Part shown: piece by piece, positions 1 through 11,844 of the stretch
Numbering within the stretch: position 1 is the first letter of the stretch
Layout: every line of letters starts with the position of its first letter
Source of the DNA: Octopus bimaculoides
Taxonomy: Eukaryota
Reading direction: 5' to 3'
Length of the DNA: 64,000 nt
Assembly (NCBI RefSeq): GCF_001194135.2
Contig: NC_068992.1
Location: forward strand, 66,512,851-66,576,850
Made by a program: the position numbers and the translations under genes
Notes under the pieces: model-generated
The model's input: only the letters and a program-made list of their open reading frames with translations
Told to the model about the DNA's origin: nothing
Databases searched by the model: none

Positions 1-1519
1 AAATTCAATTAATCAATTAATTGACCACTTTTTCAGATTTTTACATGTTTATAAGCTGTTTAGTTCTATTATTTTTTTTCGCAACATCATATATTTAATA
101 TTTTTGTTTGCTTAGTTAACTTTTCATAAATATGACAGTTTTTTTTTCAGTGTTTAAAACAATGTTTATTTTTTAAAATTAAATTTATGCATGAATGTTT
201 TAAATTGTGATGTAATTTTTCTCACTGGAAATTCAATGAAATTTGTGGATTTTGTATTCGTATGCTTTTGATGGAAGTGCATTGTCTGTGTGGTCCAAAG
301 AATTATGTCCCTGTCCCCCTTCCATAAGTCAAATTTGTCAATAAGCATTTTAATTATACGTCTAAATAAATCTGGCCTAAATTAATTTTAGAATTGTTTG
401 AATTATGAACTAATCTAGTTTATTTGATCAAAAATATTTACTTTGTTTCTAAACAGCCAACCTGTTCTTGTATGATTGACTAGATATGAAGGTATGGTTG
501 ATATGTGAATGGGAGGGAGGGGACCTCAGAAATACTGAGTAATAATTGGTTGTACTGGATAACACTCAACACTTTTAGTAAATATTTTCATGGATTTACT
601 TTTGATAAAAATGAAGAGATTTAATCGTTTTAAAAACTTCACTGCTAACCTAAGCCAGACATAGTTATTTCATATCTTTGTGTTACAGAATATAAGCATT
701 GCTTCAAGATAGCATTAATGTGGAAAATTGTTGGTGACAGTTTTGGTATTTTGGTGGAAGTTGCTTTTAAAAATAATGAATTTTTTTTGTTCCACTTCAA
801 TAAGAGTTTACTGGTTAAACTAAATTATTACTGTTATTATTTCACTGGGTTCTTTCAAGCAAATCTTAGTCTTGTTAATTAACCAATCTTCAAGTTCAGC
901 TTGTCTAACCCTGACATTATGTTGTCCAAATTCTTTAGTTCTGTTCTCATCAAATCTGTATGTTGTACTGACTGCTCTGCAATACATTCCTAGACCCTAC
1001 AAACTGGAGTAGTTAAGCTGGATGTATATGTATGAGTTTCTTTGTGTTTAAGGAAGGTCTGATGGATATAGTTTTCACTGTTGAACAGAAAGTAAATCCA
1101 GGGTATCTCCTGAATGTTTATAACTTAGCTGTGATTATAATGATCAATTGATTCTTTCTTTAAAACCGTTAATCTGGTTTAATCTACTTAAGATTTCACA
1201 TTACTAAATATTACCATCACATTATCTACCTTTATGTATTTGCATTATATTTCAGTCATTATAATGTTGACTTACTTTAATTTTAAATTTAAGGAGGAAC
1301 AAGAGTGTCTTGTAACCTATTTTTAGTGTCCCTGTGATTGGTGGGAAGACGGGAGAAAATTAGCCTCAGACTGGAGGCCTGGTCCCTAAAATTTGCAATG
1401 GAGTGGACTCTGTTTAAACTATCCAAGGGCCTGTTGGCTGTTAGACCATATCATGGATTAAGCATGTCCTTCCCAAAACAAGAATGACTTCTCCAGTAGG
1501 CTCTTACATTGTGTGTCGA

Positions 1520-1635
1520 CCAAATTTCATTCATTGGGCTGTGGTAGAAGACATTTGCACAAGATGCTGCAGAGTGGAATTGTACCCGAAGCCACATTGT
1601 TGGGAAGTAAACTTCTTAAACACAGTCATGCATGC
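1520..1635 (-). mobile_element. tRNA-headed SINE, 5' fragment (family A)
   Basis: Similar to the 5' parts of the copies at 39130-39481 and 23045-23180 (gtagaagac...gaacc...tgggaag..aaact). Confidence 0.6.
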
Positions 1636-2149
1636 ATCCACTTCACAAGACACACACTCTCTCTCTCTCTCTCACCCCTTCTCTTTCATTCTTTGTTTTT
1701 GGCTGGTTTTCAGCTGAGAATGTCTTGAATGTGATTACTAAGTGCCATAGACATGAATCATTGTAAAGAATATATTCTGAAGGACAACACTGAATAATAA
1801 GAGAGCGCAAGACAAAAGCTGACAGCGAAGGAATCTTAGAATATGTTTTATTGTTAATTCTATCAGGTAAACAAATACCTGCATGTAAGTCTTATGGTTG
1901 AGGGTCAACTTAGATTTATTGACATTTGGTAAAATAAAGAGTTCAGTCATTCTAAACAAATGTGCATTACTGACCTATATTTGGAAATGGCAAATACAGT
2001 TTCCTTTTTGAGACGAAATTAAAGAAGTAAAAAGGTACCTTTGTGACATCTGATGTTTTAATATTAAATTGAAGTCCAAAAGGTGAGCTGCCAGGTAAGG
2101 TATTTTGCAGCATTTAGTCCGTCTTTATATTTCTGAGTTTAAATTTCAC

Positions 2150-2280
2150 CAACGTTGACTTTGTATTCCATCCTTCCAGGAGTGACAGAAAATAAGTACA
2201 AGTTGAGTGCTGGGGATGATGGAATTAGCTTACTCCTCCCCTGAAATTGCTGGCTTTGTGCCAAAATTTAAAACCAAAAT
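2150..2280 (+). mobile_element. SINE-like 3' fragment (family C)
   Basis: gttgactttg...aaataagtac.agttgag..ctgggg...aaattgctgg..ttgtgccaaaatt, similar to 59135-59250 (+), 36250-36340 (-) and 41130-41230 (-). Confidence 0.65.
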
Positions 2281-5200
2281 TTAATTCAAAGTCCTAACTT
2301 AAATTTTAAATTTAACTACTCTCTAATAAGATGATGCAATTTCAGTGTCGTCATACTGTTTAGATAATGCCACTTTGTCTCTCTTTGATGAACCTCTATA
2401 TGATTGTTTGACCTGTTAGAATTACCAGTCAAAAACCCTTTAATGCATTCGAGAAAACTGTCCAAGCTAGTGATGGGTGGATTGTCTTTGATAAAAGAAA
2501 TCTGCACATTGAGGCTATTCCAGGCACTAAAGCACAACATTCTTTAATTTGATACAACAGTCTTTTATGAATTCAATGAACCTTTCTATACAATATATAT
2601 ATATATATACAGTACTGACTGTATTCATCATTGTCACCTTATGTCTGTTTACCTATGCTGGCATGAGTCGGGCAAGTCTCAACTGTGTCTCTTACCACTT
2701 GTGACTATCTTTTGTCACCTGATACAGCAACAACAAAGAAAACAGCAACAGGATACTCTCTTCCTGTGTATGTTCTGATATCTTTGGTGTAGTTTTTTAC
2801 AGCTAGATGTCCTTCCTACCACCAAACCTGTATAGCATGATCTGCAGACATTTTTTTCATGTTACCAGCACTTGAGAGGCTGCCCTTAATGAGACAACCC
2901 CCCCCCCCACTCTCTGCTGCATGTTTTCAACAAATGTTTGTCTTGGGAATTGACACCTTTACAGTTGTGTCTGCTGCCTTTGGTATTAACCAGTGTTGTA
3001 AGCATGGAATGATTAAAATCTTATAATTTTGTCAGCTAAGATAAGCTATTGCTTTTCTCTTGTTTTTATTGAAACTCTACAAAGAACTTCCACCTTTAAC
3101 CACTCAGCTCCTTCAATGTCAGAACAATTAAACTAAATGTCAATATTGTTTGTGATAACCAAGTTTTGCTTTTATTTCTGTTGGCACAGAACTTGAGCTT
3201 CTAGCAAACTTTTCGAAAGTGTACAGCCAATGTTTACCCACTGTTTTCTACTGAACTCATCAAATTCCTAATGTAAATAAAAATTTGGGGATCTAGATAG
3301 ATATCTCTGTAAGGGTGGACAGTCTTGCAATGCAGTGTCTTTCAATTCTTTCATAGCAGGAAGTTTCAGTGCTTTGCCCATCACAACTTTTCATTGCTCT
3401 ACCTCTTCTGTTGTTGTCAATCCATGAAACATTTTTCAATCACACCCACCCGCACATGCATCTCACTTACCTCCTTTTCTAGCCCTCATCTTTCGCCTGT
3501 AAAACACCATTCCACACACCTCCACTTTATTCATTTCCATTTTAATTCACCATGTTGCTTTTGCTGTAAAACCCATCGCTTTTCATGTAACCTTTTGTTT
3601 TTCTTCTTCAACGTTGCCAATGAAGGACCACCACCACCACCATCCAAAACATAAAATTCTCTTCTGTCACATTCTCAAATTATATATTGTGTACTTTCGT
3701 ACACTTTGTTTTTTTTGTTTTTTTCAATCTTTTTTTTTTTTTAAATTTAATATTGACATAGGTTACAATATCATGTGTAATGGACTGCTCAAATTAATGT
3801 AGTAAAACTCTTAAAGTCTTTATAATAATAATAATAATAATAATAATAAGTGGTCACTACAATAACTTCCTGGCCAAAGCTATTCCAACCACAACCATCT
3901 TGTCTTAAATTTTTGCAGGCTTTGTGTATTTTGGACTACACTATTCAGTGTATTCTTTTTTGTAAAGAAGATAGGGTGTGATTTGAAGGACATTCGACTG
4001 CTATGTCTTGTAGACTGAGTGACCATATAGAGATTCTTTACAGGTATTGGTTGGTTGGTTGGCCAAAGCACCATAATTTCTCTTGTGCTGTTTTTATCTG
4101 TCATCCTTAGATACAAGTGGCTTCAAAATTTTATGATTGCATTGTCAATGGAAGTATGAGGGGTGGTGTTGGAAAGGAGAAACCTTAGGAATGGTATCAT
4201 TTCGTCTAATTCTGGAACATTGAAATAAATAGAATGAAGCAGATTTTTTTTTTCTTTTGGTTGAAATCAATGGATTGCAGGAGAGATTCTTTCCAATGAA
4301 TCTGAAGATAATTTGTGATTTAATCTACTTTTTGGGTAGATTTTATAGTAGGAATATGTTGGATTAGATTTAGGAATAGATCAAACCATGGTCTTGAAAA
4401 GGTAAGGTGGTGGTGGGGGTAACAAAAACAAAGGAAAATAACCCCTAAACAAACCCCAAAAAGCAAATGCCTACCTTTTCATTCCTCTTGTATGAGAGTG
4501 TCAAATTTGGTGACAGTATAAAATATGATGAGGTATTTCTGCTGAGTTGTTTAAATAAATAATTAACAGATCTACTAGTAGCTTCTAGATCATGCCATTT
4601 ATTATTCCAGTGTCATATTAGTTGACTCAAGTCCTTTTAATATGCCATTTCCTACTTTACTCCATCATCTCCACCCCTCTTTCATTTGCCATTGTTTCAT
4701 TTGAAGATCATTTAGTTAAAGCCAATAGACTCTTGATTGTACTCAGGCTTCTCGTTTTCTCTTAATGTTTATTTAATAGTTTAGAAAATCCTGTTTTAAG
4801 CTGTTGGTTAATTTTAGAAGTTATTTAAACCTACCTCTTGTACAGATTAGCATTTTAATTGTGTTAAGATGACCCATCATGCTTAAATATCATGCCAAAA
4901 CTTTAAAATGCCACACACAGAACTGCACAGACAGATATGTTTATGGCTGCTTCTAGTTTTCCATTAACTTCTCAATTAAAAACATATGTTGAATGTTTAG
5001 TTCATAACAGTGACTGTTGTAGTCAATATAGCAAATAGTTTATTCTTTTAAGTCTAACCACACACATCTACAAATGGTTAAAGTAGACAGTGTTCACACA
5101 CACAATAACTGTCTCTGAATAGATACAGCATGTTTTATTTGAATCGAGTTGAACTGGAGTTTAAGGAAGACTCTAACCTAGAATCTGTAATTCAGATCTT

Positions 5201-6069
5201 TAGTCATTTAATTAATCAAAACTTAATTTTAAAAATTTTTTGTTACAATATTTCTGTTGAGGTACACTGCTTTTGTTTTAATTAATTTTGAAAATAATGA
5301 AGAATTTAGTAAAATAACTTTGTTATTATCAAGCTGGTATTTGGAACATGAAATTTTGATGGAAGGTTTTAATTCAGATTGCATTAAACATTGTATATCA
5401 CAGAACCAGAGTAGACTGTTGTGTTGACGGTCTTTGTGAATGTAAATAATTGTAGAATATATGGCTGTCCCTCTGTTAAGAAAGCTCAATTGATGTGTTG
5501 CAAGAGAATGTTGTGCAGGTTCCAAATTGCAGATAATCATTGGCAGCAATGGCAGCAATAAGAATTTCTATATCATTTGTTTTTAAGATTAAAGATAAAT
5601 ACAGGGAGGGAGAAGGAACGTTCCCTTTTGGACTATTCAGATAGCTTGTCACTTGCCCCACCTACACAAGTGGAAATACACCTAACTTTACCCATCTCCA
5701 TAGACGAGTAACATATAGTTTCTCTTTCTCTCTCTCCCACCTCTCTCCCCTTCTCACACACACTGTTATATGATGTGATATAAATAAATAAAGGCAAGGT
5801 ATTGGATGACTTGAAAAGACTATTTACATTCAGATCCTGGTGTTGATAACAATAAGTATGATTTTGATCACCAGGATAATTTTATTATGATTTGCCTTTC
5901 AGCTGTACATGTGCCATATTTTTTCACTGTTGGTGTGTGTGTGTGTGTGTGTGTCGTCTGTCTCTTGGTTGGGCCTGTTGTATGTGTGTATGTGTGTACA
6001 TGTGTATGTACACATGTATATGAATAGTAGTGTAAGAAGATAAAAACTTTAATCTGATTTCTTTTTCAG

Positions 6070-6102
6070 AACTTGAGCTCTGGAATATCCAATACCATGA
6101 CG
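6070..6102 (+). other. Candidate 33-nt micro-exon of an unidentified transcript
   Basis: gatttctttttcag acceptor, CG|GTAGAT donor, length divisible by 3, open in two frames (NLSSGISNTMT or ELELWNIQYHD). Confidence 0.25.
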
Positions 6103-6493
6103 GTAGATTTCTTCAATTTGTTTTGTTCTTTTAGCATTTTGTAGATTAGTTTTTCTTCTTTTTCTTCATAGTTGTTGTACCATTGTTGTTTTCTTCCTCC
6201 TCGTTCTCTTCCCTTTTTCTATGCTCATTTTCTTCTCTCTGTTCTCTTCTCTTTCATCCATGCAGCATGTTCTTTCATGCATGACTATTAGTTCAGCTTG
6301 TAACCTATAATCTATTACTAATGCTAACATCCTTTCTGAGAGACATCAATTTGCTCTTGTTTTACACGAATGCTGAAATTGGTTCTCTCTCTCTCTCTCA
6401 CACACACACTGTATTTTTCGCTTGGTCTGAGTGCTGGGGCTGTGTACTTTGAGCTCCAACACAGCTCTTGTTTCTCCTTAACCTTTCTTTCAG

Positions 6494-6627
6494 ATGATTT
6501 CCGCTGCCAGTTCCGAGTGCCTCCTCCTCTTACCTTTTTCCCACTGGAAAGCTGCACAGATAACCAAACAACTAACACTAGAGTTGTTTCCCCTGCTTCC
6601 ATGTTCTTGTCTCTCACCCACACGTAA
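6494..6627 (+). other. Candidate exon of an unidentified transcript, followed by 3'UTR-like sequence
   Basis: Strong acceptor ttgtttctccttaacctttctttcag, GC-richer open sequence (DDFRCQFRVPPPLTFF... or MISAASSECLLL...). No protein family recognised. Confidence 0.25.
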
Positions 6628-9394
6628 ACAATTTACTGAATGAAAGCATCAACAACGAGAGTGGTGATGATTGGAAGAACTAATAGATTCTCAGCTAAAA
6701 TACTTCCTCATTCAAATCCTGTCCAGGTGGATTTTGCTATCATTCTGATATCAGTTAACTATTTTGGGTGATGGTGGTGGATTATCTCTACCTGTGGAGA
6801 TGGAGCTCCAGTATGATCGATGTCTATTTGAAACTATGTTCTTGCTTTCTACATCTTGCTATAACATACTTCATCACAAGCCAATAAACAAGCCTCTTTG
6901 TGCTCACCTCTCTTGCTAGACATAGCAGACAAATCTGCCTGCCTGCCTGCTTGCTTGCCTTTCTGTCTGTGTGTCACTCACTAATTTTAAAACGTCTTCT
7001 TCATCCTCTCCATTAATTTGGATGGGGACAGTTTTCTTGTCTGTCTGATTCAATTTACTCTCACCTTTTTTCTCCCTTACTCTCTCTCTCTCTCTCTCTT
7101 TGTCCTCTCTCTTTCCTTCTCTCTCATATTCTAACTCACACTTCACTCTAAGGCATTCTCCTTTCATATTTGTTGAGTGTTGACAAAAGCCTCTCTCAAT
7201 AATAAATCTCCCAGTTGTAGTGTAATGTTAAATGTCTTATGTAGCAAGAATGTACATCATTAATCTTTCCAAATCCTCTCTGAATACTGACCAAATCCTC
7301 CTGTTTAACAAGTTATAATTAATTTTTTCTCTCAAAAAAAAAACTTTCTTCCATTTCCCTCACGTGGAACAAGTGACTCATTTTTTAATATCTTCATCTT
7401 GTTGTTCTTGACAGATAAACCATTGACTAACAAACATTACATGTCTCTTCAGTTCTCCACATTTGATTGCCTTCTGACATTCCTCTTGACATGCCATGAA
7501 ATTCGATAATTCTTCAATGTTTTGTAGCCACAGTTTGCAACCATTTTAGCTACAATTGTGAAAGCAATGCTAATTTTTCATTTTCTTTTCCATCATGCCT
7601 CAGTCATGTTGGCATGTTATATTACCACTACAACCACAAATGCATTTGTTATTGCTACTGTTGTTGTTGTTGTTTTTATCTCTACCTTCTCTTCTTTTTA
7701 GACAATAACCTGATTAATTGCCTGCATTTTTTTTTTTATTTATTTCTAGTTGCAGTTGCTTTTGATTTTCTTTTTAAACAAAAAACATTTATGTCTGTCC
7801 TTGTGACTGGTGAAACCCGAACTACAGTAACCCCGCTCTCTCTCTCTCTCTCCAATGGATAATTTTTTTATTTTTGTATAAAAAAAATCTGCATTTTTAT
7901 ATTTTAAATTTCTTTCTTATGCCGGTTTCTTTGTTTTGTTTGTATAATTAAGAGGAAATTAAAACAATACACAAGTATATTGAGAAGAAAATAACAAGTG
8001 AGTATTTTCTGTTTCACTTGCTGGATCTGTCAGAAGGGGCAGTACCTCTGACTTTTGTAGGGCCTCCAAGATTAGCATGCTATTATTGTTCCACTTAAAC
8101 TGTTGTAAATCAACCCCTGATGGAAAGATATGGACAGGGGGTTCCACAGGGGTCAGGGCTTTGGAATGAACTGGAATGAATCTTGACATTAACAGTATAG
8201 TGTTCAGTAAACATTTCCCCCGATGTATTCTTCACTCCTTTTTCTGTGCAGTAAGAACTTGGATCAAGTCTTCATAAAAGAAGGTAGACTAGACAGTAAT
8301 TAATAATTTAATTACAATGATAACAAATAGAAGATACTTTTTATAATATTATTGTTTGTTTTTGTTGTTGTTGTAACCATTTCCCCTTTTTATATTGAAG
8401 AGAATTTTAGTTTAACATTTTTGGGCTGATTCCTCTGTGTGTCACTTGCTGCTGTTAGTACTGAACTGTATGTTCCCATGGGACTAAGATTACACTTAGA
8501 GAAGGAAATGAGAAAGGAACACGGTTTTCTAATACTTTGAAACACTTTGTGGGGTTTTGTTTTGTTCACCAGATTTAATTGTTATGGTTTGAAATGTAAA
8601 CTATTTTGGGCCAATATTGGAATCACAAGTCTGGTTCTTGGTCAGATACTCAACAGCTTCACTTTCCTGAAAGAAAATATCTTTTGATTGGGATTTGTTG
8701 TGAGAATTTGAGAAAGTTGTGAAACCTTAGAGGACACAAATTAATCAATGATGTAGAGAGTGGATTTTTTTTTTTTCAGCAGACCTAACGGACACACACA
8801 CACACAAAACTAAATAGGATTGAAGAACAATGTAATAATGTTTATATTGGTTGTTGTTGTGGTTGTGGTGGTGTTGGTGGTTTGTGATATTTAGATCATT
8901 CCAGTCTTTGTTATTCTGAATCCATTCTACTAATATTGTTTATAGAATATTGATTTCTTTGGATAAACTTGAAAGCCAATTCTTGTAGGTTGGTGGTGCA
9001 AGTCTACAGTTGACTGGTCCAGTATCAGTATATTACTGATAATTATTTTGTATTGACCTCAGAGAGACGGCAATGTTTGTGGTTATAATAGCAGCAGCAG
9101 CAGTGACAATAGTAGTAGTAGTAGTAAGATTACACACAGTGAAACTCTGCTAATTCAGACCATCTGCCACCAGTCTCAGGATATTGCTTATGCGGTTGAT
9201 TAGGGACATATTTTGTAGGAGGTGGGTTAATTGATTAAACTGACCAATTAGTGATGTTTATGTTGGATGAAAGGTGGGCAAGCGAACATGGAATTTGAAC
9301 TTTGGAACGGTGAAGCAGTGAATGTAAAATGTCTGTTCTAGGTGGTTCTCAACCAGGGTCCATATGGCCCCTGTGGGTCTACATAAGATTTTAT

Positions 9395-9700
9395 TAGGGA
9401 AATTAGGAGGCCAGAAATTGGGGCTGGTAAAAATCGTAGAAATTCTCCGGCCAACCACTCCTGACTCTTTCTGGAGGCATGACATACAGCTGAATCCCAC
9501 TGCCACACATACGTCCTTCCAGCAGCAACCCTCTCTAGCCATGTATTGACCACAGTCCCCAGCAACTTCTCATAGCTCTCTGAACTGAGCTTAAGGCCCT
9601 GTTCGAAGATGTGGTATGAACTCCAGCATGCAAACGCAGTCTGAACACCTGCTGTGACCCTTCCTGTTGGTCACAGCTTCAAAGTCTCTGTTGCAGTTGT
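9395..9700 (-). mobile_element. Degenerate Tc1/mariner (IS630-Tc1-mariner) transposase fragment
   Basis: Minus strand reads HIFEQGLKL...VVNTWLERVAAGRTYVWQWDSAVCHASRKSQEWL, then after a frameshift FTSPNFWPPNFP. These match the family motifs WQQDSAPCH and WPPNSPDLNP; the third catalytic Asp motif is lost. Confidence 0.8.
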
Positions 9701-10601
9701 CAGTGTCCTGTCTTACAGTGTTCACAGAGCATTGAGCTGCAGTCATAATGTTGGCATTTTGATACCCAGTGGTGTCAATAAAGTAACAATGGAGGCTTCA
9801 TAAGAGGCCACTGAGAAAGATAGATATATAGTGTTGCTATTTATTAAGATAAGTAAAGATGTGTTGTTTTATAGAGAAATAACCAGTCAAGCGATACATA
9901 CCTGACACGGTTAAAGATTGTGATCAACAGTGAGGAATTATGAGATATTGAGAACGTGATGTATATTAGCTGAGGGGAAACAAGTTGTAGAGGGAATTGT
10001 GATATGTAATAACCCCAACTTGGGGGTGTTCAAAGATCAGCTTGCTTTTGTTGGTGTTTATGTATATTAGAATAGTTTTGTTTGGCTGTGAAAGGCAGGG
10101 ATGAGAGTTACTGATGTAAATTGAATGAAACAAGATAGGTGAAGGATATTCAATTGTTGTCTGAAATAAATTGATTTGTGTATCTGATGGCAAACAGACA
10201 CCAGGACATTGATTATCATGATAATATAAACATTAGCCTAGAATACTGAGCACAAAAACAGGAGCAGGGGAGGGGGAGTGCCTTGGTTATGCTTTCATGA
10301 AAAGCTATATGTACTACATAAAAACTTTGCATAACATGAAAAAAATTAGTAATGGGAATTAGTGAATCATAATATTTTTAAGGACAATGTTAACGAAAAT
10401 ATCCAACAGGTGTTAAGTGTGTGTGCGTGTGCATGCATTGCAGGAGTGTTTGTGCATATAATAATTGGTGAATTGATCTCATCGTTTCAGTTTCTATCTG
10501 TAATTACTTTCCATGATTATTTTTCACCATTATATTCCTACAGATATAACATATCATTAGCTCTTATAGTACTACATATACGTCTTTAACCATTATATTA
10601 C

Positions 10602-10610
<9 letters not shown>

Positions 10611-10654
<44 letters not shown>
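10611..10654. repeat. (TA)n microsatellite
   Basis: Direct reading; similar tracts at ~51104-51143, 51963-52011 and 57766-57798. Confidence 0.95.
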
Positions 10655-10658
<4 letters not shown>

Positions 10659-10904
10659 GCCATTATATTTCTAAATATATATCTTTAACCGTTACATTCT
10701 TGGAACTCACAAAATTTATTCATGTTAGGATTTCAATGCTTAATCATTTGGCCACAATTTACTTGACAATCTGAGTGCATACTGTCCCAAGATAGTCATA
10801 GTATTCAAAGCAATCAGAAGAGCTTTGTATCACTGACTCTGGACAATACTATCTCAGGAATAACACTCTATGGTATTAGCAGTGTGTAGTTACTGTCTCT
10901 CCAG

Positions 10905-11413
10905 TAACACTGTATGATGCCACATGGCACCATGTAGACAAAGCACCAGTGCTGATTTGACATAAAAATCATCCATGCTGGCACCACATAGAAGGCACCT
11001 TTGCTGGTGCCACTTAGAAAGCTTCCATGCTGGCAGCATGTAAAAAGCACCTGTACTGGTGCCATGTAAGAAGCACCTGTATTGGTACCACATAAAAGGT
11101 GCCCATGTTGGTAACATGTCAAAAGGACCCATGTTGGTGTCATGTAAAAAAAACACTTGTGCTGGCACCATGTAAAAAGTAGCCATACTGGTGCAATGTA
11201 AGAAAAGCTTCCATGCTATTACCATGTAAAAAGTACCCAGTACACTCTGTAAAGTGGTTGGCATTAGGAAGGGCATCCAGCTGTAGAAACCATGCCAAAA
11301 CAGAAGGCTGGAGCCTGGTGNNNNNNNNNNCCCCCCCCGGCTTGCCAGCTCCTGTCAAACCATTCAACCCATGCTAAGATGGAAAACAGATATTTGATGA
11401 TGATGATGATGAC
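10905..11413 (+). mobile_element. SINE (family B) with an internal ~25-bp tandem array and (GAT)n tail
   Basis: About 13 imperfect units of tgctggcaccatgtaaaaagcacc, then gtggttggcattaggaagggcatccagc...caaaccat.caacccatgc..gatggaaaa and (GAT)n. Contains the gap at 11321-11330. Confidence 0.8.
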
Positions 11414-11523
11414 TGCCATATGACCAATCACACAATACAGAATTAACACTGTATACTGCTGTGCCACAATAACAGTATAGTGTTTATTGCTGAGTTAGCA
11501 ATAACACTACATTATGTCAACTA

Positions 11524-11844
11524 TAGTGGAACCTTGGTTTACAAGTGCCTCTCATGAACAAATCAGTTGGAACAATTATTCAAACATAAAATGTCTCGGG
11601 TGACAAATGAGTGTCTCATGTACTGAACATGTAATCCACCAACAACAGTTGGTAACAAGCTGGGAGTATTGGCAGGAGAATGTCAATTGCTGTCTAGCTT
11701 CTGCTTAGTGCACATCCCTGCTTGAATTCACTGTGCCCACCTCTCTTGAATTTCCTATGAGAAAAACAAGTTTTGGTTTACAGACATTTTGGGTGATGAA
11801 CAGCCTTCAGGAACAAATTAAATTCGTAATCTGAGATTCCACTG
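11524..11844. mobile_element. Tigger/pogo-like non-autonomous DNA element (MITE)
   Basis: Imperfect terminal inverted repeats TAGTGGAACCTTGGTTTACAA (left) and CAGTGGAATCTCAGATTACGAA (right, reverse complement), TA-like flanks, no ORF. Confidence 0.55.

Noticed and set aside
1029-1052. MYEFL resembling the start of an Ack-like SAM domain
   Set aside because: Stop codon after 7 residues; no SAM continuation.
10905-11260. CRISPR-like regular short repeats (also 35718-35954, 59281-59500 and 41451-41932)
   Set aside because: Units are head-to-tail without unique spacers, sit inside SINE bodies, there are no cas genes, and the context is a spliced eukaryotic gene.
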